From a virus: a DNA stretch of 64,000 bases. Of the stretch, positions 29,401 through 39,509 are shown piece by piece. The notes under the pieces are model-generated. The model was not told where the DNA came from. It was given only the letters and a program-made list of their open reading frames with translations, and did not search any database. Location: the IMG/VR virus record IMGVR_UViG_3300037461_001096, positions 75,068 to 139,067 of that record. One strand, written 5' to 3'. The position numbers and the translations under genes were made by a program. The stretch's first letter is position 1. Every line of letters starts with the position of its first letter.

Positions 29401-32400
29401 TCAGCGTATATAAATAACTGATCAGCTGTTTTATTTGTGAATATGTTGAAACTGTGTGGTTTTTCATCGTTCCAAGTGAATGCGTATTGGGCTATTGGAA
29501 CGAGGGAACCTGTTCCTGAAAAATACGAAACAAGATTTAGAAATGGCAGTCCTTGTGAGTCCACCGAAAGGTGTAACTCAACATTTTTACCTCCGTACCC
29601 CTCATCAATGTTCGCCAATGCTCCGCAAAAACGAAGATCAATCATCGGACCAACACCGGGAACGGCATCCCCCGGAGTATAACTAATAACAGCAACTCTG
29701 AAGTCTAGTTTCCAATCGGAAGACGGGTCAACTGACCCGAATATAATTGTCTTATTGTCCATAGTGAAAACAGCATAGTCAGCTGATTCATCTGTAATAC
29801 GCATAACCGGCGCATATGCTGTCCCAATCATAGACGTTTCGGCAGCACCTGATTTTTTCCACGGCACAGTTTCAGAATCTGGAGGGTTATCACCAAACCA
29901 CGAAACTCTTGGTTCCGGGTTAGAATCTTTACCAAAATGTCTTCCAACACTAAGGCCTAGTTTGGTGGCGGCATTGCCTGCAGAAGATCCTCCAACTATC
30001 GTTATATAAGAAGATGACCCACTTCCCCAAATTAGCTGAACATGATTTGATCCATCGTCACTGGCTATATCCTCCCCCATAGCTGCGTTGATAACAGAAG
30101 AAACGTCTGAAGCCAGAGTCATTACAGAACTGAAAGTGATGACTTTAGGTGTGTTACCATTGAGTCCAATGAGAATTTTGTCCCCTGAAGATATAGAGAA
30201 AGAGCTAGCAGTCCCAACGACTTTTGCCGGCATAGGATTGAAGTACAGAAATGCAAAATGCACTGATTGCTGACCGTCATCGATATATAATCCGTGACCT
30301 TTCTCACTCATGCTGAATGTGAAATATTCTATCGAAGCATCAAATTCCACAACACTTAACGTTGAAGGAGAAAGCATGGGTTCAAATCTCATGTAGCCAC
30401 GGAAGGCACCAGAACTAGCTCCCATGGCAACCAGTTCAGTTGAATCAGCCGTACAAGTTGACTCAACTTGAACCCCACCTCCCGAAACAACTCGCTCCGT
30501 CCCACCATGCCCGAGTGTAATCCAAGGAGCTACAGGATCGGATTCCGGTACAGTATTCACATCTAAAACGACCGATTTATTGTCCTCTATGAGATTTGAG
30601 TCTAACGGGTTGATATTCGCTCGAATTAATCCCCAGTAATTATTCGATGTTGCTTCTCTGCTAATAGACCCGAAAAAGACTTGTTGAACCGAGTCAAATT
30701 TCCCACCAAAGTCAGATATTGACGGAAGCAAATTCTTCGAAACAGAAACCAACGGTTCAGTATCTCCGCTCATATATAGATGGATATCACCAGATGGATC
30801 TCTGTATAGTCGATATGTGCTCAAAATTTCCCAATTGACAGCCGCAGATTCCCAATTCTCTTGAAATTCGTAAGCGCCCAAGTTAGTAAGTATTCCAACT
30901 TGTTGGACTTGATGAACCTCATTATAGATGTCATTTACAAAATGAATGTCATCTGCCGTTCTATGTAAATTGAAATTATATTTCAGACTGTTTACAAGCA
31001 AAATCGCTGAGTCTAGATCCGAAGCGTCAGGATTTGACTCTATACTCGTTGTGTCTATAGCTTTATGAACACCGGCAGTAGCCAGTGTTGGATCTGCCTT
31101 AGAGAGATGAAGGTTGAATTTCAGTTTGATTGCGTTGAGTAGAATGATCAAAGACTCAAGGCTGGTTGCGTCAACTATTTCAATGGCATCAGCGCTATCA
31201 TTGGGATTGTGAACTGTTGGCTGAATAAGATGTGTGTTGAAGCTAGCCTTGACGCTGTTTGCCAACACAACCGCAGACGTCAAATTTGTCGCATCAGTAA
31301 TGACAAATCCAACGAGAGCAACACGATATCCGTCAGAAAGACCGAAGCCAACACCAGTGAAAGCACCGTCGGGTGTGTAGTCATTTTCAACGCGAACCCT
31401 GAAAGCTGCTGATACAATGCTGTCTGATATTATATCAGAATTATGTGTATAAAACGGGGGGCGATTGATAATACCGGACTGGAAATCCTGATCTGAAATA
31501 AGTAACAAATTATTGGAGAGGGTCGTAGTGCCAACCCCTTCTAAAACCCACGGGTCCGGGGCATTTTGTGGTAAAACATTCGGATCCCACGAAATAGTTG
31601 TTTCCTTAACAACCGTGCTTAGGACTGGATACTTGATCTTCGTAACTGGGGAATTTGTTAACAGCTTTTTCGGATCATTTATAGTGGCAGAATACGCCCT
31701 CTCATACGCTTTATATTTCCACCCAATTTTTGCCGGAGAGACCGCAGAAATCAAATCCGGGGTGTTTCCTGGGTCAATTAAATAAGAACGAGCCTTATAT
31801 CTATGAGACGGGAACCCCATGATGCCATTGTTGGCGTCCTGATTTAGAACAAACTCTGGTGAGTTCAATCTGAGAAAACGAGCTGGTGGATTATTTAGGT
31901 AATTATAGTCTATGAGTACACTGTCCCCGGAAGAGGGCTTATATGGAAGAACTACGGCACCGATCATACCAAAGACGGCGTCAGCAGTGACGAGGTTTCC
32001 ATTTACACGAACGGTCACATCATCCGGAGAGTCTGCTACTGTTCCAAGTCTAGGGTCAAGAAGCGTCCAAACAAACGGCCCGACAAGCGACCCGGGAGAC
32101 GACTGAACAGCTACTTTTATAGCCGAGGTACCGACGCGACTATCCGAATCACCAAGATAATGGGATCTTCTTTCAAGTCTGTGACTTTCATAAGCTACGC
32201 GTAGTTGATTTGCTAGTGTAATAGCATCCGACTCTGATTGAGCGTCTGCAATCGTGATCGGATTCCAAATATCAGCATTAGTATGAAAATCGTCACCAAC
32301 GTTTGCCATATGGTTAACAAGGCAAGATTTAATCTGATTCAGCAGTGTTATAGATGTCGACAAGTCTGAAGCAACCGCGCTGGATATGTTCACAACGTCG

Positions 32401-32810
32401 TTCACAACATGCGTCAAATATGGGGACGGTAAACGCATATCTCTATGAACAAGATGCTGGTTGAAAGCCGACTTCAAAGCATTTGCAAGAGTTATGATCC
32501 TTTGAAGTGTCAACATCGGGTCATATGTTTTAAAATTCGCCCCCTCCAATTCAGCTGTTACAGAATTCAAGACTTTGGATATTAAGAATGTTCCATCATT
32601 TCTTCCACCACTGCTTCCGGAAAAAGACAAAAGTCTCCCCTCATCTGATGAAGTCAGACTAACTGACAAGATTCGCACAGTTGTGGGAGATAGGATTATG
32701 AGGTCAGATCCGGTAAGGAGCGCAAGTGGGCTCTTCACTATCGGAGCTCGACGCGTGAATAAAATCCGATCCGCGACTGAGCTGATTCCAGACAACGAAA
32801 CGGATGTCAC
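26478..32810 (-). CDS. Giant virion protein (2110 aa) with ConA/LamG-like domains, His-helical repeats and 'IN'-type domains
   Basis: GTG start with GAGGAGG RBS; 15 [FY]NxH...H repeats; repeated P....PW and W...[HT][TS]Y motifs. Confidence 0.8.
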   Translation of the reverse strand: MTSVSLSGISSVADRILFTRRAPIVKSPLALLTGSDLIILSPTTVRILSVSLTSSDEGRLLSFSGSSGGRNDGTFLISKVLNSVTAELEGANFKTYDPMLTLQRIITLANALKSAFNQHLVHRDMRLPSPYLTHVVNDVVNISSAVASDLSTSITLLNQIKSCLVNHMANVGDDFHTNADIWNPITIADAQSESDAITLANQLRVAYESHRLERRSHYLGDSDSRVGTSAIKVAVQSSPGSLVGPFVWTLLDPRLGTVADSPDDVTVRVNGNLVTADAVFGMIGAVVLPYKPSSGDSVLIDYNYLNNPPARFLRLNSPEFVLNQDANNGIMGFPSHRYKARSYLIDPGNTPDLISAVSPAKIGWKYKAYERAYSATINDPKKLLTNSPVTKIKYPVLSTVVKETTISWDPNVLPQNAPDPWVLEGVGTTTLSNNLLLISDQDFQSGIINRPPFYTHNSDIISDSIVSAAFRVRVENDYTPDGAFTGVGFGLSDGYRVALVGFVITDATNLTSAVVLANSVKASFNTHLIQPTVHNPNDSADAIEIVDATSLESLIILLNAIKLKFNLHLSKADPTLATAGVHKAIDTTSIESNPDASDLDSAILLVNSLKYNFNLHRTADDIHFVNDIYNEVHQVQQVGILTNLGAYEFQENWESAAVNWEILSTYRLYRDPSGDIHLYMSGDTEPLVSVSKNLLPSISDFGGKFDSVQQVFFGSISREATSNNYWGLIRANINPLDSNLIEDNKSVVLDVNTVPESDPVAPWITLGHGGTERVVSGGGVQVESTCTADSTELVAMGASSGAFRGYMRFEPMLSPSTLSVVEFDASIEYFTFSMSEKGHGLYIDDGQQSVHFAFLYFNPMPAKVVGTASSFSISSGDKILIGLNGNTPKVITFSSVMTLASDVSSVINAAMGEDIASDDGSNHVQLIWGSGSSSYITIVGGSSAGNAATKLGLSVGRHFGKDSNPEPRVSWFGDNPPDSETVPWKKSGAAETSMIGTAYAPVMRITDESADYAVFTMDNKTIIFGSVDPSSDWKLDFRVAVISYTPGDAVPGVGPMIDLRFCGALANIDEGYGGKNVELHLSVDSQGLPFLNLVSYFSGTGSLVPIAQYAFTWNDEKPHSFNIFTNKTADQLFIYADGSILSPSAGTPTYSALGSASSGTPSIVFGSGGEAVSNVDMKTSMSVTDWSSVAVFRDSKLAIPAYTNNMYVGIYKGGDPTLFGSWAVSNLDWTIPTTYRIVRDPVGSVAVYINGSSVPSISMSYNPITLPPTSSSFLKNISNGRSVIAWGALDPTEISRGKWSLLNYSLGKLTLTDRLVPSHHTLNRANVMASPEHIETQVSHPHYGFSVYSGGTPEDDFMSDISVPAFTILGEGVPPVPMSQDLESQGGFIKRVTAAGTISADNFMNTNGFLGGYENDLVNYTVVPNASGYTSILGLLLAAANDSGSLYESHRVRNIPLIGDVHISNDTVNVITTPDATDLTTLVNRLTEFKSVFNAHVTSTVGLYHDPKDLLTVLTSPDPVDVSTCTDLANEILVKYNQHLDKGCFHFIPDAAPYFDTNLETNPDASDLTSCQVLLNSLKGKFALHAASDKWHGKTAKYSVTLNVSYIVSLANELKSLFNQHITASETHQFDDQYNLVTKGTAYDVPSCCSLVNDVKAMYNAHIAGYYVHPVIARDSTTKEKEDVIDQDLIPYQLNMAINLANDIKAKLNAHLVYKISHVEIDEQNIVTSEDATDLSTLIVLANELKVHFNAHRTSILRTCNVHVSNDSVNVVTIADATDLESGTDLLNQIKLCYDNHRDQSGVHGSAALIRIEPPDGILYEGMKFWKEETGTEGLVSPFSDGETWHIGSIQNQSNKSLLYDGTLLPEKATLVSEGANAALIVDEDTLILEVDHTPPVKVVFDSSDTSVSAVVSRINSFVPSLAYVTGTEIRLTSPTSGTASSILVNGGTALYKLGFEIPHHSSWFVTSDDPSQVTISQMEIGGEDFLRYGVSGSSKTMYASKAGYPVLPSTGFNVTTRIRINATGILDGEDSGIFVGVCCAANNEGAPGFVAAIGWGDGGSYKYVKLQDMVSGTVLDKISFNWDDGEFHTYNLVYDEADQTLRLSVIEDP

Positions 32811-32823
32811 TTTTCCTCCTCAA

Positions 32824-35214
32824 TTACACAAGCAAATTTCCAGCCAGGTCTTGGAAACCAAAAGCCTCGACAGAATAACTGGCTGTGTTCATTCTTGAAA
32901 CGCGAACCGAAGCCACACGACTGTTTAACCAACTAGCCTCAAGTAGAAATGGGTTTGGACTTCCAGTGATTGACACATACGGCATGCTAGGATCTGATTC
33001 TAGCATGATAACCAACGATTGCATTGGTTTAGACATATAAAGCTCAACAGAATCCGATAAAATATATGGGTCTAGGTTTTCTGGGTTAATCCCTGGTCTA
33101 GAAACAGCAGACACCAAAACGGGGGGCGTATCTATGCCAGTGAAATTCGTTGTGATCCTTCCAGGAACAACTCGAACTGATGTATTTGTGTAATTATCCC
33201 ACCAGATTTTTGAGACAGGCATTGTTAAAGAAACCGAAACATCATTCTTGAAGCCTGAAGCCTCGATCATAATCATATCCTTTACTCCTACAGACACAAC
33301 TCCCTTTCCAGGAAAGTCATGATATATAGGAAGATCAGGAGATGTAGAACCATTTGGATACAACCCGGAAGAGTTGTGATTTGTTAGCCGGTTTTGCATG
33401 ACTTCTATAAGATTCGATAAGCTATCCAAGTCTGATGCAACAGGTGCGTCAATAGCCTCATCGTTACCATAATGGAAGGGAGTGGATATCATATGAGAAC
33501 TTAATTTCTCTTTAAATGCATTCGCTTTATCGATAATATCAGATAGGTTCATAACCTGGGCGAAATCGGAGATTGATACAGTATTTACTGTATCAAGAAT
33601 TGGGTGCCCCGCTCCAGTGTATGGAGATAAACTTGGATCACTAATATGCATGCTATATGCTTGAATGGCGTTATTCAACGCCCAAAGAGCGTTTGGTAAA
33701 GATGACATAGTGCGTATCTGTGCAAGTAAGCGGGAGTTCGTTTGTGTCAGAAGTGCTGAATCAGCATAACAAATTTCAACGCCAGACTGCATTCTGACTG
33801 CAGCTCCCCTAACCAACGGAGAAACTGACAACAAAGACGGGTCACTAGCCGCTGATAAAATCTGAATGCCAGGAGGGTAACTAACACTTAGAGAACTTCC
33901 TGCATCTTCACTGCTGATAGTGTCCACAGACAAAAAGAAATCGGCGTGGGTCACATTAGTCGAAAAGTGCAAATCAGCATACCATGTATACGGATCAGAC
34001 ACAGCCGCGGCATTCGAAGAAGACGCAAAATTTGAAATTTTATCAAGTGGAGTGTATGAGTTTGATAAACTCAAAATATAATTTGACTGAATGTGATTAT
34101 TAAACTTAGCCTTTATAAGATTCGCTATACTTATTGCAGATGCTAGATCTGGGAGGCTCACTTTGTTGATCTGATTCAAATAATCTTGATACTTGTGCTC
34201 CGGGATTTGTTCAAGATGACTAATTAGAATGTCTTCCTCATCTAGCAGAAGAGTGCACACAGTGTCAAGATCAGTTGCCGTCGGTTCAGTCACAATGTTT
34301 TTTGTATCTGTGACAGTGTGGGCATGAGACAAAAAATGGGCGTTTAGTCTGGTCTTTATCTCATTTGCCAGAATGAGTAAAGAACTCAAGTCGGATGCAT
34401 CTGATGACGTGACCTCATTATCTAGATCAGCAGCAGCATGAGCCCCATCTTGATAACAGTGCCACTTAGATTCGTTCAAAACGTCCGACTCAAGCATCGG
34501 ACAGTTGAAAAAAACTCTCATTGTGGCGACGGAAAACTCTGCAGCATTGCTTACATCAACCACATGAGCGTGTGTGATTGTTGCCTGTTTTAGATCGCTA
34601 AATGTTGACGCGTCATATGCTAAAGACAGCCCAATGGTTCCAGAACTTAAATTCCCTGAGGCGTCATATACGTCGTCAAAATCAACGCTCCATGGCCCCG
34701 ATGGCCCTGATGGCTCAGAAACAAAAGTCATCCTTATGGCTTTTTCGGGGCGTCCTACGGCCCATGGAACCAAAGTCATCAACAGACTTTCAGTTGGGCC
34801 AGTCAATGTAGCAGTTGCAGACGAAGACGTTTGAGCAACGTCTCTGTCAAAAATTAAGTCCACACAGCCACGAAGAGACTGATACGCCCCGAGAATAATC
34901 GGAGCATTAACATCAGTTGCATAAAAAACAAATGGTTGATCAGTAACCGGTTGACCCCCATCGGAAAACAGACCAGTAACCAAACAACTATATGTAGCCC
35001 CGAGGGTAAGAGACGCAGAAAGAGTTAAAGCGACAGATAGACGGTCCGAGTCATAGTATTCAGCTGCAATGATGGTGGGAACAGGAGAAGCGCCTCCAAC
35101 AACTGAAGTTAGTTCATACGCCCCAACGTCGTCGGCTGAAGCCATCGGGGCATTGAATTTGACCCTGATTTGCTTAGAGCCAATATCATGAACGAATATT
35201 CCAACTCCTGTCAT
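32824..35214 (-). CDS. Virion protein with Ig-like (Big) domains and His-helical repeats
   Basis: IRVKFNAPM, VDLIFDRDV, MRVFFNCPM, VELYMSKPM plus DASGN/DLAGN Ig-like ends; six His repeats. Confidence 0.75.
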   Translation of the reverse strand: MTGVGIFVHDIGSKQIRVKFNAPMASADDVGAYELTSVVGGASPVPTIIAAEYYDSDRLSVALTLSASLTLGATYSCLVTGLFSDGGQPVTDQPFVFYATDVNAPIILGAYQSLRGCVDLIFDRDVAQTSSSATATLTGPTESLLMTLVPWAVGRPEKAIRMTFVSEPSGPSGPWSVDFDDVYDASGNLSSGTIGLSLAYDASTFSDLKQATITHAHVVDVSNAAEFSVATMRVFFNCPMLESDVLNESKWHCYQDGAHAAADLDNEVTSSDASDLSSLLILANEIKTRLNAHFLSHAHTVTDTKNIVTEPTATDLDTVCTLLLDEEDILISHLEQIPEHKYQDYLNQINKVSLPDLASAISIANLIKAKFNNHIQSNYILSLSNSYTPLDKISNFASSSNAAAVSDPYTWYADLHFSTNVTHADFFLSVDTISSEDAGSSLSVSYPPGIQILSAASDPSLLSVSPLVRGAAVRMQSGVEICYADSALLTQTNSRLLAQIRTMSSLPNALWALNNAIQAYSMHISDPSLSPYTGAGHPILDTVNTVSISDFAQVMNLSDIIDKANAFKEKLSSHMISTPFHYGNDEAIDAPVASDLDSLSNLIEVMQNRLTNHNSSGLYPNGSTSPDLPIYHDFPGKGVVSVGVKDMIMIEASGFKNDVSVSLTMPVSKIWWDNYTNTSVRVVPGRITTNFTGIDTPPVLVSAVSRPGINPENLDPYILSDSVELYMSKPMQSLVIMLESDPSMPYVSITGSPNPFLLEASWLNSRVASVRVSRMNTASYSVEAFGFQDLAGNLLV

Positions 35215-35243
35215 TGCTTGCCTTTCCGACTACAATTTTAGCA

Positions 35244-36047
35244 TTACCAATCAGCGCTGTGATCTTCTCCAGAAACGGAAACCGACTTTTTTGTTCCCAG
35301 TAAATCAATACCATCTATTCCATCAACGAACCTTCGGAAATCTTCGTACCCATAATTCGATAAAGCAAAGCTGAAAGCATCTTTTATTTTTACTGGTTCA
35401 ATGGACGTCTGGTTCCCAGTATACTCGTCTTGGAGAACAAATTTCAATCTATATAAAGTGTGGGCCGGTCGGATAATATCCAATAAAATTCTCACATTCT
35501 TTTCGGCAAGAAAAACGTCGATTGATCCAGGGGATGTAAGCAAAACATCAACGTTAAAAGTATTTTCGTCGGAAATATCAAAGCCAGACCCTGACTTTCG
35601 CGCTTCCGCATAGTTTTCTGTAACTATAACTTGCATGCCATTTGTGACAAGTTCCACGGCTCTTTGCATGCTCGTTGGAACACTTCCTGCGAAATAAACA
35701 CTAACGAGATTTCTAAGAAAATTAGCAAAGTCTATGTCTGCCAATCCAGGATTTGCCATTTCTTTGGGAAATAGCATAGATCCAAGAACCTGATATAAAA
35801 ACTCGGCACGAGTTGTTCTATAATCAGTATCAGCACGAATGTCATCCATAGCTATTCGGATTCTAGCCATAGACAAAGCCATCGCCTTAATTTCTCTGGC
35901 ATAGTTTGGGCCGTCAACAGTCGACTGCCAGTAAGACGATAGCATTGCAAGAAGAACACGGAAATTGTTTTCAGCTTCTTGATTCAGGCGATTTAAATAC
36001 TCTTCGCCTGCTTCATAAGCATTTAGATTTGCGCGCACTATCGGCAT
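35244..36047 (-). CDS. Baseplate wedge subunit (P2 gpI / YmfQ-like)
   Basis: ILLDIIRPAHT motif, directly downstream of the J-like gene. Confidence 0.65.
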   Translation of the reverse strand: MPIVRANLNAYEAGEEYLNRLNQEAENNFRVLLAMLSSYWQSTVDGPNYAREIKAMALSMARIRIAMDDIRADTDYRTTRAEFLYQVLGSMLFPKEMANPGLADIDFANFLRNLVSVYFAGSVPTSMQRAVELVTNGMQVIVTENYAEARKSGSGFDISDENTFNVDVLLTSPGSIDVFLAEKNVRILLDIIRPAHTLYRLKFVLQDEYTGNQTSIEPVKIKDAFSFALSNYGYEDFRRFVDGIDGIDLLGTKKSVSVSGEDHSADW

Positions 36048-36055
36048 GAAGCCTC

Positions 36056-39000
36056 CTATGCCGATTTATACGTCAGTACGACGTCACCAGGTGTCAAATA
36101 CTCAATTGGGGAAACAGTGACATCTCGTACGCCACGATCTCCAAAAACAACATACGTGGCAGCAAAGGAATGGTTGGATGGAGTATCGTACGGAGTGGTG
36201 CTAGCGTCGAGTGACACAAGAACTTTATTCGCTGTCCTACTCAATCTCTCTGAAACGATCTCATCTGCTGGGAATAACGCCGCCAGAGTGATATCATCGG
36301 AATATCCTTGGATAACAGCTCCAGTAGACCCGATGATCCACCACCTATTTAGCCCACGACCTACATCATAGAGTGACGGTGATTTTTCCATCACAAGCTC
36401 ATCTTTATATACGCCAGTGTGTAGATAGTCTGGTCCGCCTCCATCGATGGTATTGAACGGAAGGGGTTGGGTCATAATGTAAACGGCGTTAGCTCCATAA
36501 CTAAGAGACGACAAGAATTTACTGTCAGAATAAACCTTCTCTCTAATACGATACGCCCCATCTTTTAGTGTAAACCTCGTTAAAGGTTGAACGAGATAAT
36601 CAACCCCGTTTATGGTCTCCATGGATCCAGTAGCATCTGATTGATGGATTGGATTTCCGAGACCTCGGATGTTTACAAGGTTAGTTAAGGATGTTCTTAT
36701 ATTTGAATCAACATAAAATTGAACAGCGTTCGGCATTAATTGAATTGTCGCGGCCAAAGACAATGGATTTTCAAGGGATTGTTTAACGGCTACATCAGCT
36801 GTCACATGCTTCGTTGCTGACACCGCTGAGTTTACACGTTGTAGCACATCATTGATAACATAAGTCATCACGAAATTTTCATCATGTTGATAGTCAACCG
36901 ATACAGTGTCACCACTATTAATGTTAGAAGCCGCTGTTCTTACAATTTTAACCGAAGTTGTCTGGGTTCCTTCAACAACTAGATAATCCGGATTTGCTGA
37001 CAACGGACCTTCATATTTAATTAGACGATCCTGACTATATACAACGAGTGTGTAAGTATTAATGCCTACTGATCTAAGAGACTCTTCAAATTCAGCAATC
37101 AACACGTGTTGTTCATCATTCACTTGAACTGCTTGACCTGGTGGGATGCCCCCGACTTGGTTAACTGACACATAATCCTGTGCTAGGGTGCTTTCCCCCT
37201 CAAGTAGGGGGTCCTGGGTCTTGTAAAGTGAATATCCTTCAGTCGAGTCTAAAGTTCCAGAAAGTTCACCAACTACGGATGTAACTCTGTTTATTGGCTG
37301 CAACGACGCAATAAATTTATTGTTGCTGCGATATCTATAATCTCCCTCCACAAAATCATCGAACATTGTTGTGGGCTGTGGTATCGCAGTATTGATTTGG
37401 ATCGTGTTATAATCAATAATTGTCACACCCGTCAAGTCGTATGCTTGGGTTGGCGTGACTGAGTGATTACGAAATCCAAGCCCCTGTGAAGGATTATTGA
37501 GCATTTCTTGGACTGGATTTGAAATGTTTAGTCTCGAATCTTTTGCTCGGAATATTAAGGCGGCGGCATCGACAACTTCAAATCTCATGTTTTGAGCAAC
37601 AGTAAACTGGAATGCGAAACTTTCACTTACTGTCTGCTCGATGACTCCCTTTACATATATGTCTACTTTTCCTCCAGTATGCTTCTTCCGAATTGGGTCC
37701 CAGTCTCTCATCATGAAAGGATCGCCGGATTTTACGATCTTTGTTTCAATGACCCCTGGAACCCCAACGGAAACTTTATAATATCCACCTTCAGTTCCAG
37801 TATCAAGAGCTAGCAGAGATTTCATTGCATATTCTGCAAGTTCTGTGTTAGTTTGTGTATCTCTGCCGAAGCTGGAAGCCGTTGTATTTATGGTCTTAAA
37901 TCCAGTAGCCCCGGAAACTACCGTGTCAAGTGTTCCTGCTGAAATATTCCCAATGGACCCGGGCACCTCAGCAATCATTTCAACTTGAACTTCATACCGT
38001 GAAGTTTTGACATTCCAATATTGTCCAGCCGTGCTTGCATACATGAAAACAGCCCCGCGGGACACAAATCTCGGGGCAGACGTATTCGTCGATGACGAAA
38101 CCACTGCATTTTGTGACACAAGCATGTCTTGTACTGGTGTCGTTGTGGTATAGAAAGTTTGGACGACAGTAGCACTTCTAGGTCCGAGTCTTGGGGAGCC
38201 AAAATTTTGTGCTAAAGAATCGAAGGCACCATCAATTAAATTCTGAGTTGTGACGTTGTCGGCCAGATTCAAAGCTGATCGCAAAGCTGTCTTATACTGA
38301 GAACTGTCAACGTTGATGCTAGACCCTATCATATTTGGATCGTCAATAGCAAGCAAGGCCGTGAACGACTTAGCCCTGTGAACAAAGTCCAAAAGAAAAT
38401 AGACACGCTGTACTTCATTAGCAAACGGTTCAATATGGACTTCGCGAACTGTTGAACCTGGAATCAGTGATAGGGATGGTTCAACAGATTGAATTTCCCC
38501 GATGTACTCTTGAGCAATTTTAGACTGAGTTCTTATATTTAAGCCTCGAACCACTTGATTAAGGGGGAGAGGGGCTGCCGAAAGTTCAGAAGAAAAACGG
38601 CTTTCTATATAATCCCCAGTTGTCTTGTCGAAATATAAAGCAGTTACGACATAGAATAACGGATCTTCTATCCCAACCACTCCAAATGTATCGGAGTTCA
38701 AAATGCCAGAACCAATACTAGACGCTCTGTTGTGGCTGAAGACAAATCGTTTGACCGGAATTCTAGATGATATATTTACAGATAGCTTGTAATTCTTGTT
38801 CCCTAGAAGAGGGACCCAGTTTACTGATTTTCTAGCTACAACTAAGCCGGTCGCTGGACTGGTGGCGTCTGTAACAATCTGAAGATCACTGCTACCGTCT
38901 ATGTCAGATAAGTCATACTCAAATGACCCAATCGGATCTTCTATAAAATCCGAAATAGTCGGAGAACTCGACTGAATCATATAAGCATTAACCCTGAGAT

Positions 39001-39481
39001 ACCCAGACCCGGTTCCTCCGGTTCCGGTCGATGCATATATGTTATATCCGCTTGCTGTATCCGTAGACACATCAGACCAAAGTATGTCAACGGATTTGGC
39101 ACGTCTATTGACCGAAACACCAGTTGGAGACTGAACAATCATTTCAAGATCGGCATCAGTCATCATATCCACTGTAATCATGGCTGGGGAACTGACCCCG
39201 CCAGCCATATCAACAGCTCTGAGCCGAATTGTATTGGTTCCGTACTCTAAAGAGAGTCCGTCTGGGAAACTTGATAAATTCGGGATTGTGAAAGATCCCG
39301 GAAGAATTTCTATGAGTGTTGGATCCGAAATGAATCCAGCCCCATTCATATCAATTTGGATGTCAACCGTATTTGTGTCAATAGTACCTGTAAACACCAG
39401 CCCGCTTACATTCGACGTTATGCTAAGCGAGGCAGTTGTTCCGGAACCGTCCGGATAATTCAGTTTCGGGGTGGTGGCCAT
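36056..39481 (-). CDS. Baseplate J-like wedge protein with N-terminal Ig/FN3-like domains
   Basis: PGSTVREVHIEP, DSLAQNFGSPR, AEVPGSIGNISAG, FGRDTQTNTEL, GKVDIYV; start ATG 39481 (MATTPK). Confidence 0.85.
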   Translation of the reverse strand: MATTPKLNYPDGSGTTASLSITSNVSGLVFTGTIDTNTVDIQIDMNGAGFISDPTLIEILPGSFTIPNLSSFPDGLSLEYGTNTIRLRAVDMAGGVSSPAMITVDMMTDADLEMIVQSPTGVSVNRRAKSVDILWSDVSTDTASGYNIYASTGTGGTGSGYLRVNAYMIQSSSPTISDFIEDPIGSFEYDLSDIDGSSDLQIVTDATSPATGLVVARKSVNWVPLLGNKNYKLSVNISSRIPVKRFVFSHNRASSIGSGILNSDTFGVVGIEDPLFYVVTALYFDKTTGDYIESRFSSELSAAPLPLNQVVRGLNIRTQSKIAQEYIGEIQSVEPSLSLIPGSTVREVHIEPFANEVQRVYFLLDFVHRAKSFTALLAIDDPNMIGSSINVDSSQYKTALRSALNLADNVTTQNLIDGAFDSLAQNFGSPRLGPRSATVVQTFYTTTTPVQDMLVSQNAVVSSSTNTSAPRFVSRGAVFMYASTAGQYWNVKTSRYEVQVEMIAEVPGSIGNISAGTLDTVVSGATGFKTINTTASSFGRDTQTNTELAEYAMKSLLALDTGTEGGYYKVSVGVPGVIETKIVKSGDPFMMRDWDPIRKKHTGGKVDIYVKGVIEQTVSESFAFQFTVAQNMRFEVVDAAALIFRAKDSRLNISNPVQEMLNNPSQGLGFRNHSVTPTQAYDLTGVTIIDYNTIQINTAIPQPTTMFDDFVEGDYRYRSNNKFIASLQPINRVTSVVGELSGTLDSTEGYSLYKTQDPLLEGESTLAQDYVSVNQVGGIPPGQAVQVNDEQHVLIAEFEESLRSVGINTYTLVVYSQDRLIKYEGPLSANPDYLVVEGTQTTSVKIVRTAASNINSGDTVSVDYQHDENFVMTYVINDVLQRVNSAVSATKHVTADVAVKQSLENPLSLAATIQLMPNAVQFYVDSNIRTSLTNLVNIRGLGNPIHQSDATGSMETINGVDYLVQPLTRFTLKDGAYRIREKVYSDSKFLSSLSYGANAVYIMTQPLPFNTIDGGGPDYLHTGVYKDELVMEKSPSLYDVGRGLNRWWIIGSTGAVIQGYSDDITLAALFPADEIVSERLSRTANKVLVSLDASTTPYDTPSNHSFAATYVVFGDRGVRDVTVSPIEYLTPGDVVLTYKSA

Positions 39482-39509
39482 GCACCAACAATACCTATAA
39501 AAATTGGCT

